A program made the translations under genes and the position numbers. Shown here in pieces: positions 43,215-54,007 of a stretch of 64,000 nucleotides of DNA. The notes beneath the pieces are model-generated. The model was not told the DNA's origin and did not search any database. It saw only the letters and a list, made by a program, of their open reading frames with translations. The DNA is from a virus (lineage: Duplodnaviria; Caudoviricetes), in the IMG/VR virus record IMGVR_UViG_3300028888_000064, positions 32,001 to 96,000 of that record. One strand, written 5' to 3'. Each line of letters begins with the position of its first letter. The first letter of the stretch is position 1.

Positions 43215-43970
43215 ATGAATATAGATGTTTCATTATTACCTAGCGGAGGCATTGGGTATAATTTTCCCAGTGTGGTAATTAAGCCTCTCAATTTCTTAGA
43301 GATTACGCAATACTTATCCAACCTACCTGGGGAGGATGATCCGTTAGGACGTTACTTATTCGATATGAACATGCTGAGGGATGATGATCCTAATATAGAA
43401 AATTGTTATATTATGGATATAGACTTTCTCATCTTCTATAAAAAGTTATGTACTGTCAGTGAAGACTTATCTTATCAAATTGAAGTTAGTTGTCCACATT
43501 GCGGTGCTACAATAAAGAAGACCATTTCCTTTGATAAGGATGTTCATTTCAAACAGATTGACCCCAATATCATGAATGGGGCCAAGATAGAACTAAATGG
43601 TCATCATTACGATACTATTGTTCCCACATACAAAGACTTTATGAAAGTTTTTTCACTTTATCTCAGGTATAGAAAAATACAAGACCTAAAGATGATTAAA
43701 ACAATTGCCCTCATTAAAGATTTTGATGTACAAGGAAATCAGATTGAAGATGACGTATTACATGCAAAGCATAGTGACATTACTCTCCTTATGGCTCTAA
43801 GAGATCTCTATTATGATAGAGTAGAACCAGTTGAGTTATTTTGTCCTAAATGCGATAAGCCCGAAGAAAGGAGGAGTGTGACAGTGAGTCTTGAAGGTCT
43901 CATTGTCGATTTCTTTCGAGAGCTCTATGTCAATAGCCCAATTGATGGAACTAAAATTCTTTTTAAATAA
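43215..43970 (+). CDS. Baseplate hub assembly/tape-measure chaperone (T4 gp26-like)
   Basis: LPSGG N-terminus, CPHCG and CPKC zinc sites, SLEGLIVDFF (cf. gp26 LEGLxxFF); upstream of the tape measure. Confidence 0.7.
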   Translation: MNIDVSLLPSGGIGYNFPSVVIKPLNFLEITQYLSNLPGEDDPLGRYLFDMNMLRDDDPNIENCYIMDIDFLIFYKKLCTVSEDLSYQIEVSCPHCGATIKKTISFDKDVHFKQIDPNIMNGAKIELNGHHYDTIVPTYKDFMKVFSLYLRYRKIQDLKMIKTIALIKDFDVQGNQIEDDVLHAKHSDITLLMALRDLYYDRVEPVELFCPKCDKPEERRSVTVSLEGLIVDFFRELYVNSPIDGTKILFK

Positions 43971-44208
43971 AATGTTAAAAGCGGATAATATAGAGTATTA
44001 TACGTTAGATGCATTAATTAAACTTAGAAAAGTCTACGACGAATTCTTAAGCAACAGTGATGGCGTAGATCCAGATTTCCCACTCATGAAGTTTGGAAAC
44101 GGTGAAAAGAAAATCGCAGGTGTTAATAAGGCTAAAATAGAATTAGAGAACCAAGAACGTGGAATAGAGGAGCCACTGGGCATGAATAATTTCCTCAATA
44201 AACAATAA
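43927..44208 (+). CDS. gp51-like second chaperone ORF (start uncertain; possible frameshift extension)
   Basis: Overlaps the gp26-like gene in the +1 frame and precedes the tape measure. Confidence 0.5.
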   Translation: MSIAQLMELKFFLNKMLKADNIEYYTLDALIKLRKVYDEFLSNSDGVDPDFPLMKFGNGEKKIAGVNKAKIELENQERGIEEPLGMNNFLNKQ

Positions 44209-44210
44209 AT

Positions 44211-47200
44211 ATGGCTAATAACAATCAAAATCAGCCAAAGAAAGACGAATCCTACGCTAACTATCAACAGGCAGGTCAGCAATTGCTTCGAATGAATGCC
44301 GAAAGACAGAAGAACATAGCTCTTCAGAGACAAGCTAATGCCAATCAGCAAGGAACTACTGAATTACTATCCCAAGCTGGTGCAATGGCAACTATGGGAG
44401 GAGGAGGTGCAGCGATAAATCCACAAACCCAAGCTATGTTGAGAAAATATGGCTATGGTCAGCCTAAGGTACAAAGGGCTCAAGGTAGAGAAGTAAAAAT
44501 TGTTCCTAATAATATTGTTATTAACAATAATTATAACACGGTATCCAATAACAATGTTATTCCTCAACAAGGTGGTGGAAATGATGCTGCTAATAGTCAG
44601 AGTAGGTTCAAGACTTGGATTAGTGGAATTTTTGCTAGACAGAAAGAGGAAACTGCTAAGAGAGACCGAGAATATCAAAAGCAAGAGTGGGCTATTGGTA
44701 AGAGTACTAATAGAATGCTCAGGCAGATGACTGATGCTGGCCGTAATGTAGCAAATGCAATAAATCCTAGAAACTTGGGCTCTTCCTTAGGTGGTCAGAT
44801 AAAAACACTGCTCTTCCTATTTGGTATGAGATTTTTGTCTAAGAACTGGACTAAAATCTTGGATATAACTACTACCATAACTGGATATATAAGAGAAGGA
44901 TTGGCCTTTTTTGGTATAGGTGATGAGACTAGGGTAAAAGCTCTAGCAGCACAAGGTAAGGATTTTCGAGGCAGATTTATTTCATTTTTCACTGAACCTG
45001 CTAGAGCCAGAGATGGAAAAACTACAGTAATCAGTCTCATGAGGGAAATGATACAAAGCTTTGGAGATTACATTAAGACTTTCATTGAAGGTCAAATGGA
45101 ACTTCGAGGTATCGCCATGAGAAGTATCAAATTCCCAAAAATAGACTTTAAACCTGCAGATTCGTCTGGTTGGAATCCATTAGCTAGTGCTATAAATAGT
45201 GCAATATCTAGTTTAGGTGATTCGCTGACAAATGCTCTTTCTGGCATGGGAACCTACATCGGTGATATATTTACTGCCTTTGTAAGTCCTAAGGCTGGTG
45301 CAAGAAGAGCAATTGTTTCTAATGCTAGAAACTTAGGTACGGAAAATTCAAGAAAAAATCAGGAATACTATAGGAATGTAAATAGATTTACTGCAGTCAA
45401 TGTATGGGATGGCGATAAAGCAAATGGTTGGGCAGTAAATGCTGGAGACGCAGCAAATGAATTAGTAGGAGAAGATTATTACGATACTGCGAATCATAGA
45501 TACCTGAAGGGTGGTAGGAGATATGCACTCTTGGAGAATGCTCTAGAAGGTAATAAGTTAAGAAATACAGCTGGTTCTCAAATTAGCCAAGGTCGAGACT
45601 TGTTAGGTGCTATTAATAATGCGAAAACACATGGTAGAATAGATACTGCTAGATTTGCAAGTGGTGTATCTAGACTCTATGAAGCAGCTAAGGAAAATGA
45701 AAATGGTGTAGTAGTTGACCAGGAATTTGTAAATACACTGGTTGGAGAGAAACTAAAGAGAGACCTTACCTCAACTAGAGACTTAGTACCCGTTAAGATG
45801 AAGTATGTCGTATCTGACCTAGATGCTTCAGAATACGGAAATCGAGGTTCAGAGTTATATAAGGAGGCTGCTGGAACTTCAGACGACCTATTAGTTGGAA
45901 AAGTTCCATTATTAGGTTGGGGATTAAATGTAGCTACCGCAGGTATACAAAAATTAGGGAATTCACTTGCTACTCACCTTAACTCTAAAAAACTAATATT
46001 AGTTCCTGAATCAGATCCTAGACCTGCAGTTACTAAGATTAAGGATGTTTGGGGTGCTAATACAACCGGTGATGTAAAAGACCTAGGAAAACCTGTCAGT
46101 ACTTATTACCGATTGACTCCAACTGCCATAGAGAAGATAATGCAACACCGCATTAGTAAGGACGCAGATATAGATAACTATGAAACATTCTTACCAGGTG
46201 TTGATAAGTTCTTAGTTCGCGCAGGTGGTGGAGAAGCAGCAGTTAATAAAAAATGGAGCGAGAGCCAGAAGAAAAACCTTCAGTTTACTCAAGAGCGTTT
46301 TGGAGGTAATCAGCGAGATTATGATATTACAAGCGGTTTTAATGAAATAAGACGTATCGAACTTGCTGAACAAAAACTACGATCTAAAATGGAAAATCAT
46401 CCATTTATGGGTTATGTTAATCGTGCTGTTAATAATGCAGAAAAACTGGTTAATAAAGGAGTTGAAGGTGTTAATAACGTTGTAAGGTGGTTTGGTACAA
46501 CAGATCTTGGTAGAAATCTTGCAACTGAGAGAGTTACTAATAAAACTGTTAGAGCTAATGCCCAAAGAATAATGGATTTCCTCATTAATGAGGGTGGATT
46601 TACTCCAGATCAAGCGATAGGAATTCTTGGAAACTTGTATATAGAATCAGGCAGATCCCTCAGTCCACGAGCAATAAACCCTAATGATGATGGAAAAAGG
46701 TCTGTTGGCCTAGCTCAATGGAGAGACGATCGTGATAAGGCTCTTCAACAATTTGCTTCCAGTCGAGGAAAATCTTGGGATGATTTCGATACTCAGCTAG
46801 AGTTTCTTCTATGGGAACTTGGGAACAAAGAAAGAGCTGCAAACAATGCTGTTAGAAAATCGAATAATTTCCAGGAAGCTGCATATGCTTGGAGACTTTT
46901 TGAGAGATATGATGGCTGGGATACTGGCGGAAGAACTACGGGCTTGCATAAAGAACGACAGAAGGCCGCCTGGTCTATGTATAATATGCTTAAGAACGAT
47001 GGATACTTTGAAGGAAAGAGATTAGATATAAACGGCGCTACAAGTAATGACGGCAGTGATCTAATGAATTCAAATATACCAGAAGGCTCTATCTTCATAT
47101 CTACTGCACGCCCTGGAGCAAATACTTCGGGCGGATACAATTATTATAATTCACTTGGATCGTTCTCTATGCCTTCTACAGCAGCTGCTCCAAGCAATAA

Positions 47201-49805
47201 TGGCTATTACTTACCACTACAGAACAACTCTATGGTTATAACTTCACCTTTTGGTAATCGTGCAGATCCCGTTAATAAAGGTAAAGTACAATTTCATAAA
47301 GGTATCGATATTCGAGCTAATAATGAGAATATTTACGCCACAGAGAACGGAGGAAGAGTTGTTAAGGTAAACAATAATGCTGGCTCTGGTGGTGGAAAGT
47401 CTGTAACAGTAGAGTATGATCGTGGTAACGGTAATAAAATACAAACCACCTATAGACACTTATCTAGCATTGGTGTACGAGAAGGTGAAGGTGTTCAAGC
47501 AGGTCAACAATTAGGTGTATCAGGAAATACTGGTCGTAGATCAACAGCACCACACTTACATTTCGAAGTTAGTACTATAGATAGCAACGGCAATTCACAG
47601 AAGGTAGATCCTACTGCATATCTTGCAGATATAAGTCAGGCAGGAGGATTATCTTTGAATATGTCTTACAAAAACGGAAGTGGAGGTATAGTAGTAAATG
47701 GTAGTTCTGAATCTATTTTCGAAAATGATACTATTGAACGCCCTTTCGGTAAAGAAGATATCAAAACTGAAAAAGAACTAAAGCAACAAGAGGTAAAATC
47801 AGCCGTTGCTAGAGAAGCAATGAGGGTTTGGGAAAAATATCCGGAACTAAAAGAAGCTTTTGATGATTATGATCATTTCGAAAATTATTGGATTACAAAA
47901 GGTCCTAGTAAAAGAAAAAAGCTAATGAAAGGCTATATGGCCTATCATAATCATAAAAAAGCTATTGATGCAGACCCGAACCTATCTAAGTTAGGCGTAC
48001 ATCATTTTGCTGAAATATGGGCTAGTAAATCAACAGAACCTTGGGAAGTGATAAATAGAGCTGAACAAGGTCGACAATTTGAAAAGATAGAAGGAGGCGC
48101 TGATGCTTTTGCAAAGAAAATAGAAGAACAATCGAAAGACACTCTTTGGATAAGAAATGATTATAAGAGAGGTTCGGACAAAAAATGGAAAGATGAAGTA
48201 GATGCTATAGGAGAAAGCGGAGCTTACAAGAGACTTTATAAGGATATTCTAGAGGGAAGAAAAGGCTCTGGTTATGACGATAAGATAGCAGCATCTATTC
48301 TATTTGGAGATGATTATAATAAATTACGAGAAGAGCTAAACGATACTAACACAGCTATTACTAATGCAAAGTACAGAGGCATTAATCACGACAAGGAAAT
48401 TACGAAGAAAGACTTCCTGCAAAAAAAGTTAAGAAATTTTGAACAATCTGCATATAACTATACAACGCTAGCAAATAATGAAAGTAAATCTAAGAGAAAA
48501 CAACTCTTTTCACAAAATCAAAAAATAGCCCAAATAAAAAACCAAATCTTAAGTTATGAGGAGGAGAGAAAAGCCATTACTGCAAAAGCTGAAAGACAAC
48601 TACTTAATTGGCCTAACATGACTGCAGAAGAGATTAATGAGCTAGAATTAAATACTGTAGCAGATATTGCTTGGATCAATGATAAGCAGGATAGTCTCCG
48701 ACAACAACTATATAAGATAATGGATGGGCTAGGTGAAGATCAAGAGGAGTTTAAAATCAAGCTAGAGCAAGAAATTAAATTACAAACAAAGACAGGAGAA
48801 GAACTTTGGGGTGAATTTAATAATATTATGGATAGCGGTAAATCTCAGATAGAGGCATTAGGTGAAATGATGCGTGAGTATGGAAAAGAAGTTCTTGAAA
48901 AAATGAGAAATGAATTAGCAAAAACTATAACATTCTTCCAAGATCATGAACTTACTGAAAACATGTTCGATCCTAATTATAATCCTACTGCACAATTAAC
49001 CGCCCTTGAAAAAATACAAGAACAGAAGAAAGCTTTAGTCGAAGAATATGGATCTTGGACAAAAGTTCCAGACGATAAAAGAATTCCACTTGAACTTGCG
49101 GAAAAAAATATAAAACAAAACGCTGCAAATGTTCAAGTTACTATTCAAGGTAATCAAGCTCTATCTGAAAATGGATTGGCTGAACCTATAAAAAATGCAG
49201 ATGAACTCAATACAAAAGCACAGGGAGTAATTAATAAAGTTGATAAGCTCTCTAATAGAAAAACCACTATGGAAATACTTCCAAAAGGTTGGGGAGGAAC
49301 TGGGTATGATGAAAATTATACAAGTAATAAGCCAGATGAAAAACCAGTCTTTACGTCTAAATATTATAATTCCGGATACATTGATGAGAAAACTGGTAAG
49401 ATAAATGGTCCTCTGACAGATTCCTCAGGATTTAATAAAAAGAGAAAAACGCCAGTCAAACTATCTAGTGGTAAAACTGTAGGAGGCTATACTGAACCGG
49501 GTAATCCACTAACCCCTTCTGGATATGTCCTTCACAAAGATGAGTTTGTAGTTAATTCTAAGTCTCTGAAAAACCCATTGATTAGTGATATCGTCCGAGC
49601 AATTGATGTTTATCAGGGAACTAATAAGGACTCAGTTAAGACACCAATCTCTAAAGAATCGATATTAACTGCAGAATCTTCAAAAATTACTGCAATTAAC
49701 ACCGCAGAAACAAACGCTAGGTTAGAGCAGTTAACTCAAGCTGTATTAAATTTAGGAAGAAGTGGAGGAACACCAAAAACTAAAGTTCCTTCTTATACAC
49801 CATGA
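44211..49805 (+). CDS. Tape-measure/tail-associated lysin with phage-tail lysozyme and M23 peptidase domains
   Basis: GFTPDQAIGILGNLYIESG...GLAQW...QLEFLLWEL (Phage_lysozyme2-like, ~46550-46990); HKGIDI...YRHL...HLHFE (M23, ~47230-47620); C-terminal GGYT...GYVLHKDEFVV. Confidence 0.85.
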   Translation: MANNNQNQPKKDESYANYQQAGQQLLRMNAERQKNIALQRQANANQQGTTELLSQAGAMATMGGGGAAINPQTQAMLRKYGYGQPKVQRAQGREVKIVPNNIVINNNYNTVSNNNVIPQQGGGNDAANSQSRFKTWISGIFARQKEETAKRDREYQKQEWAIGKSTNRMLRQMTDAGRNVANAINPRNLGSSLGGQIKTLLFLFGMRFLSKNWTKILDITTTITGYIREGLAFFGIGDETRVKALAAQGKDFRGRFISFFTEPARARDGKTTVISLMREMIQSFGDYIKTFIEGQMELRGIAMRSIKFPKIDFKPADSSGWNPLASAINSAISSLGDSLTNALSGMGTYIGDIFTAFVSPKAGARRAIVSNARNLGTENSRKNQEYYRNVNRFTAVNVWDGDKANGWAVNAGDAANELVGEDYYDTANHRYLKGGRRYALLENALEGNKLRNTAGSQISQGRDLLGAINNAKTHGRIDTARFASGVSRLYEAAKENENGVVVDQEFVNTLVGEKLKRDLTSTRDLVPVKMKYVVSDLDASEYGNRGSELYKEAAGTSDDLLVGKVPLLGWGLNVATAGIQKLGNSLATHLNSKKLILVPESDPRPAVTKIKDVWGANTTGDVKDLGKPVSTYYRLTPTAIEKIMQHRISKDADIDNYETFLPGVDKFLVRAGGGEAAVNKKWSESQKKNLQFTQERFGGNQRDYDITSGFNEIRRIELAEQKLRSKMENHPFMGYVNRAVNNAEKLVNKGVEGVNNVVRWFGTTDLGRNLATERVTNKTVRANAQRIMDFLINEGGFTPDQAIGILGNLYIESGRSLSPRAINPNDDGKRSVGLAQWRDDRDKALQQFASSRGKSWDDFDTQLEFLLWELGNKERAANNAVRKSNNFQEAAYAWRLFERYDGWDTGGRTTGLHKERQKAAWSMYNMLKNDGYFEGKRLDINGATSNDGSDLMNSNIPEGSIFISTARPGANTSGGYNYYNSLGSFSMPSTAAAPSNNGYYLPLQNNSMVITSPFGNRADPVNKGKVQFHKGIDIRANNENIYATENGGRVVKVNNNAGSGGGKSVTVEYDRGNGNKIQTTYRHLSSIGVREGEGVQAGQQLGVSGNTGRRSTAPHLHFEVSTIDSNGNSQKVDPTAYLADISQAGGLSLNMSYKNGSGGIVVNGSSESIFENDTIERPFGKEDIKTEKELKQQEVKSAVAREAMRVWEKYPELKEAFDDYDHFENYWITKGPSKRKKLMKGYMAYHNHKKAIDADPNLSKLGVHHFAEIWASKSTEPWEVINRAEQGRQFEKIEGGADAFAKKIEEQSKDTLWIRNDYKRGSDKKWKDEVDAIGESGAYKRLYKDILEGRKGSGYDDKIAASILFGDDYNKLREELNDTNTAITNAKYRGINHDKEITKKDFLQKKLRNFEQSAYNYTTLANNESKSKRKQLFSQNQKIAQIKNQILSYEEERKAITAKAERQLLNWPNMTAEEINELELNTVADIAWINDKQDSLRQQLYKIMDGLGEDQEEFKIKLEQEIKLQTKTGEELWGEFNNIMDSGKSQIEALGEMMREYGKEVLEKMRNELAKTITFFQDHELTENMFDPNYNPTAQLTALEKIQEQKKALVEEYGSWTKVPDDKRIPLELAEKNIKQNAANVQVTIQGNQALSENGLAEPIKNADELNTKAQGVINKVDKLSNRKTTMEILPKGWGGTGYDENYTSNKPDEKPVFTSKYYNSGYIDEKTGKINGPLTDSSGFNKKRKTPVKLSSGKTVGGYTEPGNPLTPSGYVLHKDEFVVNSKSLKNPLISDIVRAIDVYQGTNKDSVKTPISKESILTAESSKITAINTAETNARLEQLTQAVLNLGRSGGTPKTKVPSYTP

Positions 49806-51025
49806 CAAGTAAAGAAATTAACTATAGCAATGGAGCTGACTTAGGCGATGGAGTTTCTGGTTTCTATTATGATAGCCAGTTGAATCTTGAAACTATGTCA
49901 GCTTCTCTTCACCCAAATTCCATCCTAGACAAAGATGGAATAAAATGGATATCTATACCAACAGATGAACAGGAATCTACGGATAATCAAATATACAGTG
50001 ACACTAGAGTAACAACCAAAACAGAGGAACAATACCCATATAGAGAGAAGCCTATTTGTAAAGCCATAATAAATGAAGAATTTCAAGTATCAATTGCCAA
50101 TACTTATACGGGTTTTGGTGAAGATTTTATAGGCGGACTCTGGAGTAACCTAAAACCACTTGCACCATATGCCGGCGAAGCTGCAAAGTTCCTTGCAGAT
50201 ATAGCCAATCAAACGGAAAATTACTTTGCCGACAAAGTAGGTGAAGGCAAAAATATGAGCGAAAATGGAAATAAAGCCCTAAGTGCCTTTCTTAGTGTTA
50301 TGAGGAATGCCTCAAATTTTGCTGGTCAGGCTGGGGATTATTTAAACAGATCATTGGTAGTTCAAGGTAGTAGATTTTCTTATTACAATGGTACTGGTAT
50401 TGATTTTGGTAATCTGGTTATGAAATTTACAGTATTCTCGGGATTTCATACTGTGGATGAATATGATGGGGAGAATCACAAGGTTATCAAAAAGGTTATT
50501 GAGTATAATAGTGTATATAATCAAATTGCTGAAATTCTTCCATATGTAATAGGTGAATTTGTTCCTATAACGGACATAACGAAGAATTCTTCAGAGGAGG
50601 TAAAGCAGTTTGTCAGTGAATTCGCATCCTGGCAAATGCCGCCTGGTGGATATGTACCTTACTACAAGGACGTAGATACTGTTCACCCAGGAACGCTAAA
50701 ACTTAGACTAGGCCCTTACTTTTCAGTAGAAAATCTTGTTATTAAATCCGCTCAGTTTACTTACTCTAAGGCTATGTCAAAAAATCCTACATATAGAGGT
50801 GATTCAAAAATATCTAAGGATACTCAAAATTATCTAGTACCATTATCCTGTGAGGTATTATTAAATCTAAGCCCTATTACTAAGCACTCAAGACAATCTC
50901 TTGAAAGATATATAAAGGGAACTTCCTCTAGAGGTACTAAGAAAATTTTAGAGGGAAAAATGGAAGATAGTCTTAGTAAAATAGAAGAAAGAACAAACGA
51001 CATATCTAAGATTAGTAGAATTTAA
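49802..51025 (+). CDS. Putative baseplate tube-initiator (gp48/gp54-like) protein
   Basis: Follows the tape measure; LRLGPYFSVENLVIKSAQFTYS...PLSCEVLLNL tube-fold-like pattern. Confidence 0.5.
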   Translation: MTSKEINYSNGADLGDGVSGFYYDSQLNLETMSASLHPNSILDKDGIKWISIPTDEQESTDNQIYSDTRVTTKTEEQYPYREKPICKAIINEEFQVSIANTYTGFGEDFIGGLWSNLKPLAPYAGEAAKFLADIANQTENYFADKVGEGKNMSENGNKALSAFLSVMRNASNFAGQAGDYLNRSLVVQGSRFSYYNGTGIDFGNLVMKFTVFSGFHTVDEYDGENHKVIKKVIEYNSVYNQIAEILPYVIGEFVPITDITKNSSEEVKQFVSEFASWQMPPGGYVPYYKDVDTVHPGTLKLRLGPYFSVENLVIKSAQFTYSKAMSKNPTYRGDSKISKDTQNYLVPLSCEVLLNLSPITKHSRQSLERYIKGTSSRGTKKILEGKMEDSLSKIEERTNDISKISRI

Positions 51026-51333
51026 TGTTTACCAAGTCATCTAAAATAAATTCTAGTAGAACAGATTTTTCAAACTATATTGAAGGATTTGATGTATATA
51101 ATGCGAGGGTCTTTGACTTAATGAAAGAATATGATGACCAGCGTGTTCTCTACAAGATTACAACAAAAAGCTACAGACCTGATCTCATAGCAAAAGATAT
51201 TTATGGAAGTACTGATTATCTTCCATTTCTTCTGATTGCATGTGCATCAGGTCTTAGTTATTATACAAAAGGAAATACTATCAGTATTTTCCCAAAAGAT
51301 ATTATTGATAAAGTTATTGCCAGGTTAGCATGA
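51025..51333 (+). CDS. Baseplate wedge gp53/LysM-like protein
   Basis: YRPDLIAKDIYGS motif. Confidence 0.7.
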   Translation: MFTKSSKINSSRTDFSNYIEGFDVYNARVFDLMKEYDDQRVLYKITTKSYRPDLIAKDIYGSTDYLPFLLIACASGLSYYTKGNTISIFPKDIIDKVIARLA

Positions 51334-52472
51334 GGATAGAAACGTCACATAAAATTTCAGTATTCTTTAGTCCTTGGTTTGGTGAAACTCCAGATGATGC
51401 TGGTGATTTTAGTTTTACAAAACTCCACCTATATGAAGAATTAGGTGGTAGTATTGCCTATGGAGACATAGACCTAGTATCTCTAGGTACTGACAGAGCA
51501 AACGAGCTCCTACAAAAACAAAGAACCGGGGTAATACAAATTGAACAAGAGGAAAGAGTTTCTTATAATATTCCAGTCTGTATTACAAAAGTATCTATGT
51601 ATAGTAATTTAATTTCGTTAGGTTTTGTTTGTTGTAAATCAAAAGATTTCTTTTCTAAGAGAAAAACAGATACCTTAGAAATGGATATCTCAAGCGCTAT
51701 ACAGAATCTCTATTCTGGGAATAGTGATATTAGGTGTGAATCTGATGTTCAAGGAAGTTTGAAATTTTATCAACAAATGGAAACTGACTTGAGTCTTTTG
51801 ACTAGGTTATGTTATTCTTATAAAAAGGACTCTATCTTTGGCCTGGGTTGGAATGGATTAGTTATAAAAGAGACTTTTGGTGAGAAGAATAGTAAAGGGA
51901 ATAAAGAACCTGACGAAAATATGATTCTCCCATTAGATGCAGAAGTTTTCCAAAAAGAGGAAAGAACTGAAACTTATTATCCGCAAAACTACAAACCCCC
52001 AGTTAATGTTTGGGAAGATACTGAAGGAAAAATAGCCATACAGGATTATACTCAGGATGAGCCTATTAATCCAAGGATCATAATGAAGCAGACAGAAAGT
52101 GGTATGCAAACTTTAATGATGCACAAGGATTATTACCAAATGCACGAGAATTATACGTACAATACTAATTTTATGGCTACTAAAATGTACTCTTCTATAA
52201 AAGTCGTTGATCCAATCGCTATTCCTAAATATATGCTAGGAGATGTAGTAGAAGTAGATAAACAAAGTCTTAAGGCTGATAATCTAAATTGGCCTGTTAA
52301 ATACTACTTAGTTAAATCAAATGAATTCTTCATATCAATAGACGGTTCTCAATTTGTTGATGAAAATGGTGCTAATTTCTCATGGACATCAACTCTCTTA
52401 GGACTAGAGGAAATTGATGGTACAGTTGCTATTGGTAGTGAAGAAGATCCAAGGGATAAAGAAGAAAAATGA
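51330..52472 (+). CDS. Baseplate hub protein (gp27/gpD-like)
   Basis: LYEELGG..YGDI and YQQMETDLSLLTRLC (QxxETDxxFLxRL motif). Confidence 0.7.
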   Translation: MRIETSHKISVFFSPWFGETPDDAGDFSFTKLHLYEELGGSIAYGDIDLVSLGTDRANELLQKQRTGVIQIEQEERVSYNIPVCITKVSMYSNLISLGFVCCKSKDFFSKRKTDTLEMDISSAIQNLYSGNSDIRCESDVQGSLKFYQQMETDLSLLTRLCYSYKKDSIFGLGWNGLVIKETFGEKNSKGNKEPDENMILPLDAEVFQKEERTETYYPQNYKPPVNVWEDTEGKIAIQDYTQDEPINPRIIMKQTESGMQTLMMHKDYYQMHENYTYNTNFMATKMYSSIKVVDPIAIPKYMLGDVVEVDKQSLKADNLNWPVKYYLVKSNEFFISIDGSQFVDENGANFSWTSTLLGLEEIDGTVAIGSEEDPRDKEEK

Positions 52473-53164
52473 AAAAGAATTTTGGAGTAATAAAAAAAGT
52501 GATCGACCCGGATTTATTTACAGTTGAAGTAGACATTCCGGGCGAAAATGAAGCGCTTAGAGCTTTTCCAAAAAGAGGAGAAGTGGATGAACCTAGGGTG
52601 GGCGATGTCGTCTGGTTAGAGGAAGTTGACCCACTCTATCATTCATATTATCTTTATGAGAAATTGAAGGAAAATAACTTCATCGGAATAAGAGCTCGTG
52701 GAAAAGTACTTAGACTTAGTTCAGATGAGATATCAGTTGGCATTTTCGATCCATCTGACGAGTCATGGTATGATAAGCAAGACGGGGCTGATCCAACACC
52801 AAAGCCAACATCATGGATCAAGCTAGACAAGGACGGTAACATTGATATTAATGGGGAAAAGGATACTACCATTAATATAAAAGGAAATGTTACTATTAAC
52901 GTAGATGGAGATGCAAAGATCGACGTAAAAGGTAATGCTGAAACTAACGTAGGTGGAGATTCAAAATTAACTGTCTCAGGGGACACTGAAATTAAATCAC
53001 CTAATGTGAAGATTAATAGTTCTTCTCAAGTTCAGATTACTGGAGGTGGATCATTTAACATGAGAGGTACTGCATCACCTAGTGTAAATGGACCAATGAA
53101 TTGTCTTAAAATGTGTGTCTTTAGTGGGGCCGTACATGGCTCAGACACTTGTACAGGAATATAG
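52469..53164 (+). CDS. Baseplate central spike (gpV/gp5-like)
   Basis: N-terminal OB-fold (EPRVGDVVW), beta-helix repeats INIKGNVTINVDGDAKIDVKGN, and C-terminal CxxC...H tip. Confidence 0.8.
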   Translation: MKKNFGVIKKVIDPDLFTVEVDIPGENEALRAFPKRGEVDEPRVGDVVWLEEVDPLYHSYYLYEKLKENNFIGIRARGKVLRLSSDEISVGIFDPSDESWYDKQDGADPTPKPTSWIKLDKDGNIDINGEKDTTINIKGNVTINVDGDAKIDVKGNAETNVGGDSKLTVSGDTEIKSPNVKINSSSQVQITGGGSFNMRGTASPSVNGPMNCLKMCVFSGAVHGSDTCTGI

Positions 53165-53175
53165 GAGATTTTATT

Positions 53176-53679
53176 ATGATGACCGCAAGTTCAATGGCAG
53201 ATCATATAATCAGTAGTATAAATAAAACAACTGACCCTGCCACTGCAAATAATAGCTTTTATAGTGCCCTTTGTAGTTACGTAGAAGCAAATGCAGAAGT
53301 ATATTATTCCTGGAAAGCAGCACTTACTAGTCCACCTTATTCGGTAGACCCAGTGGTAGTTATAAAACCCACTATTAAGACAAGTGGTACTTTAACTCCA
53401 TCTGGGGCAACAGATCCTGGGGAGGCCATGAGTATATTTACACAGACATTAAATGCTAATATAGCAACATGGACGATGGTTTGGCCACCGGGTTTTACAT
53501 TAACTCCTTGTTTTATACTGCCATCGGTTACAATAACTCCATCTGGTGCCACTGATCAGAAATCTGCAATGGAGGCTGTCTGTGCACAAATTATAGCAGG
53601 GATATTATTAGCGACCCCTGCAGCTACTGGATCACATGCATCTTTTGTAGGGGCTGCCACTTTTACAAGCATATCTTAA
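53176..53679 (+). CDS. Baseplate-region hypothetical protein
   Basis: Likely start MMTASS at 53176; T/A/P-rich with an internal TPSGATD repeat. Confidence 0.55.
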   Translation: MMTASSMADHIISSINKTTDPATANNSFYSALCSYVEANAEVYYSWKAALTSPPYSVDPVVVIKPTIKTSGTLTPSGATDPGEAMSIFTQTLNANIATWTMVWPPGFTLTPCFILPSVTITPSGATDQKSAMEAVCAQIIAGILLATPAATGSHASFVGAATFTSIS

Positions 53680-53680
53680 T

Positions 53681-54007
53681 ATGAAATACTTACTCAGTAC
53701 TGGAAGAAGTACTACAAAAATAGAAAAATACATCCTAGACTTAATTAGATTACACATGAGTATTCAGCCAGGAGATATTCCTTTTTCTGATGCGGGTTTC
53801 AATTTTATCCTAACCGACGTTAAGAAAGATCAAGCTGCCAGAGAAATTAAGTCTAGGATAACTAGTCTCATTGAAAGAATAGGCTCTAGATTCAAGGGAA
53901 TTAGTATTAATTTAACCAACTTAGCCATAGTGGATGAGACTAGGGCTGAAGTTACAATAAGTATTGATGATTACAGTGATACTTATTTAATTAACTTATA
54001 TGATTAA
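53681..54007 (+). CDS. Baseplate wedge gp25-like protein
   Basis: 108 aa with IQPGDIPFSDAGF (cf. gp25 GExxFxPxFG); position before the gp6-like gene. Confidence 0.65.
   Translation: MKYLLSTGRSTTKIEKYILDLIRLHMSIQPGDIPFSDAGFNFILTDVKKDQAAREIKSRITSLIERIGSRFKGISINLTNLAIVDETRAEVTISIDDYSDTYLINLYD

Noticed and set aside
2717-53175. Longer N-termini given by the ORF track (2717, 3372, 9178, 11114, 20659, 25267, 29273, 32697, 42704, 53149)
   Set aside because: Extensions overlap upstream genes or hairpins, or use TTG/GTG starts. Downstream ATGs give the leader at residue 1 or a typical A/T-rich start context.
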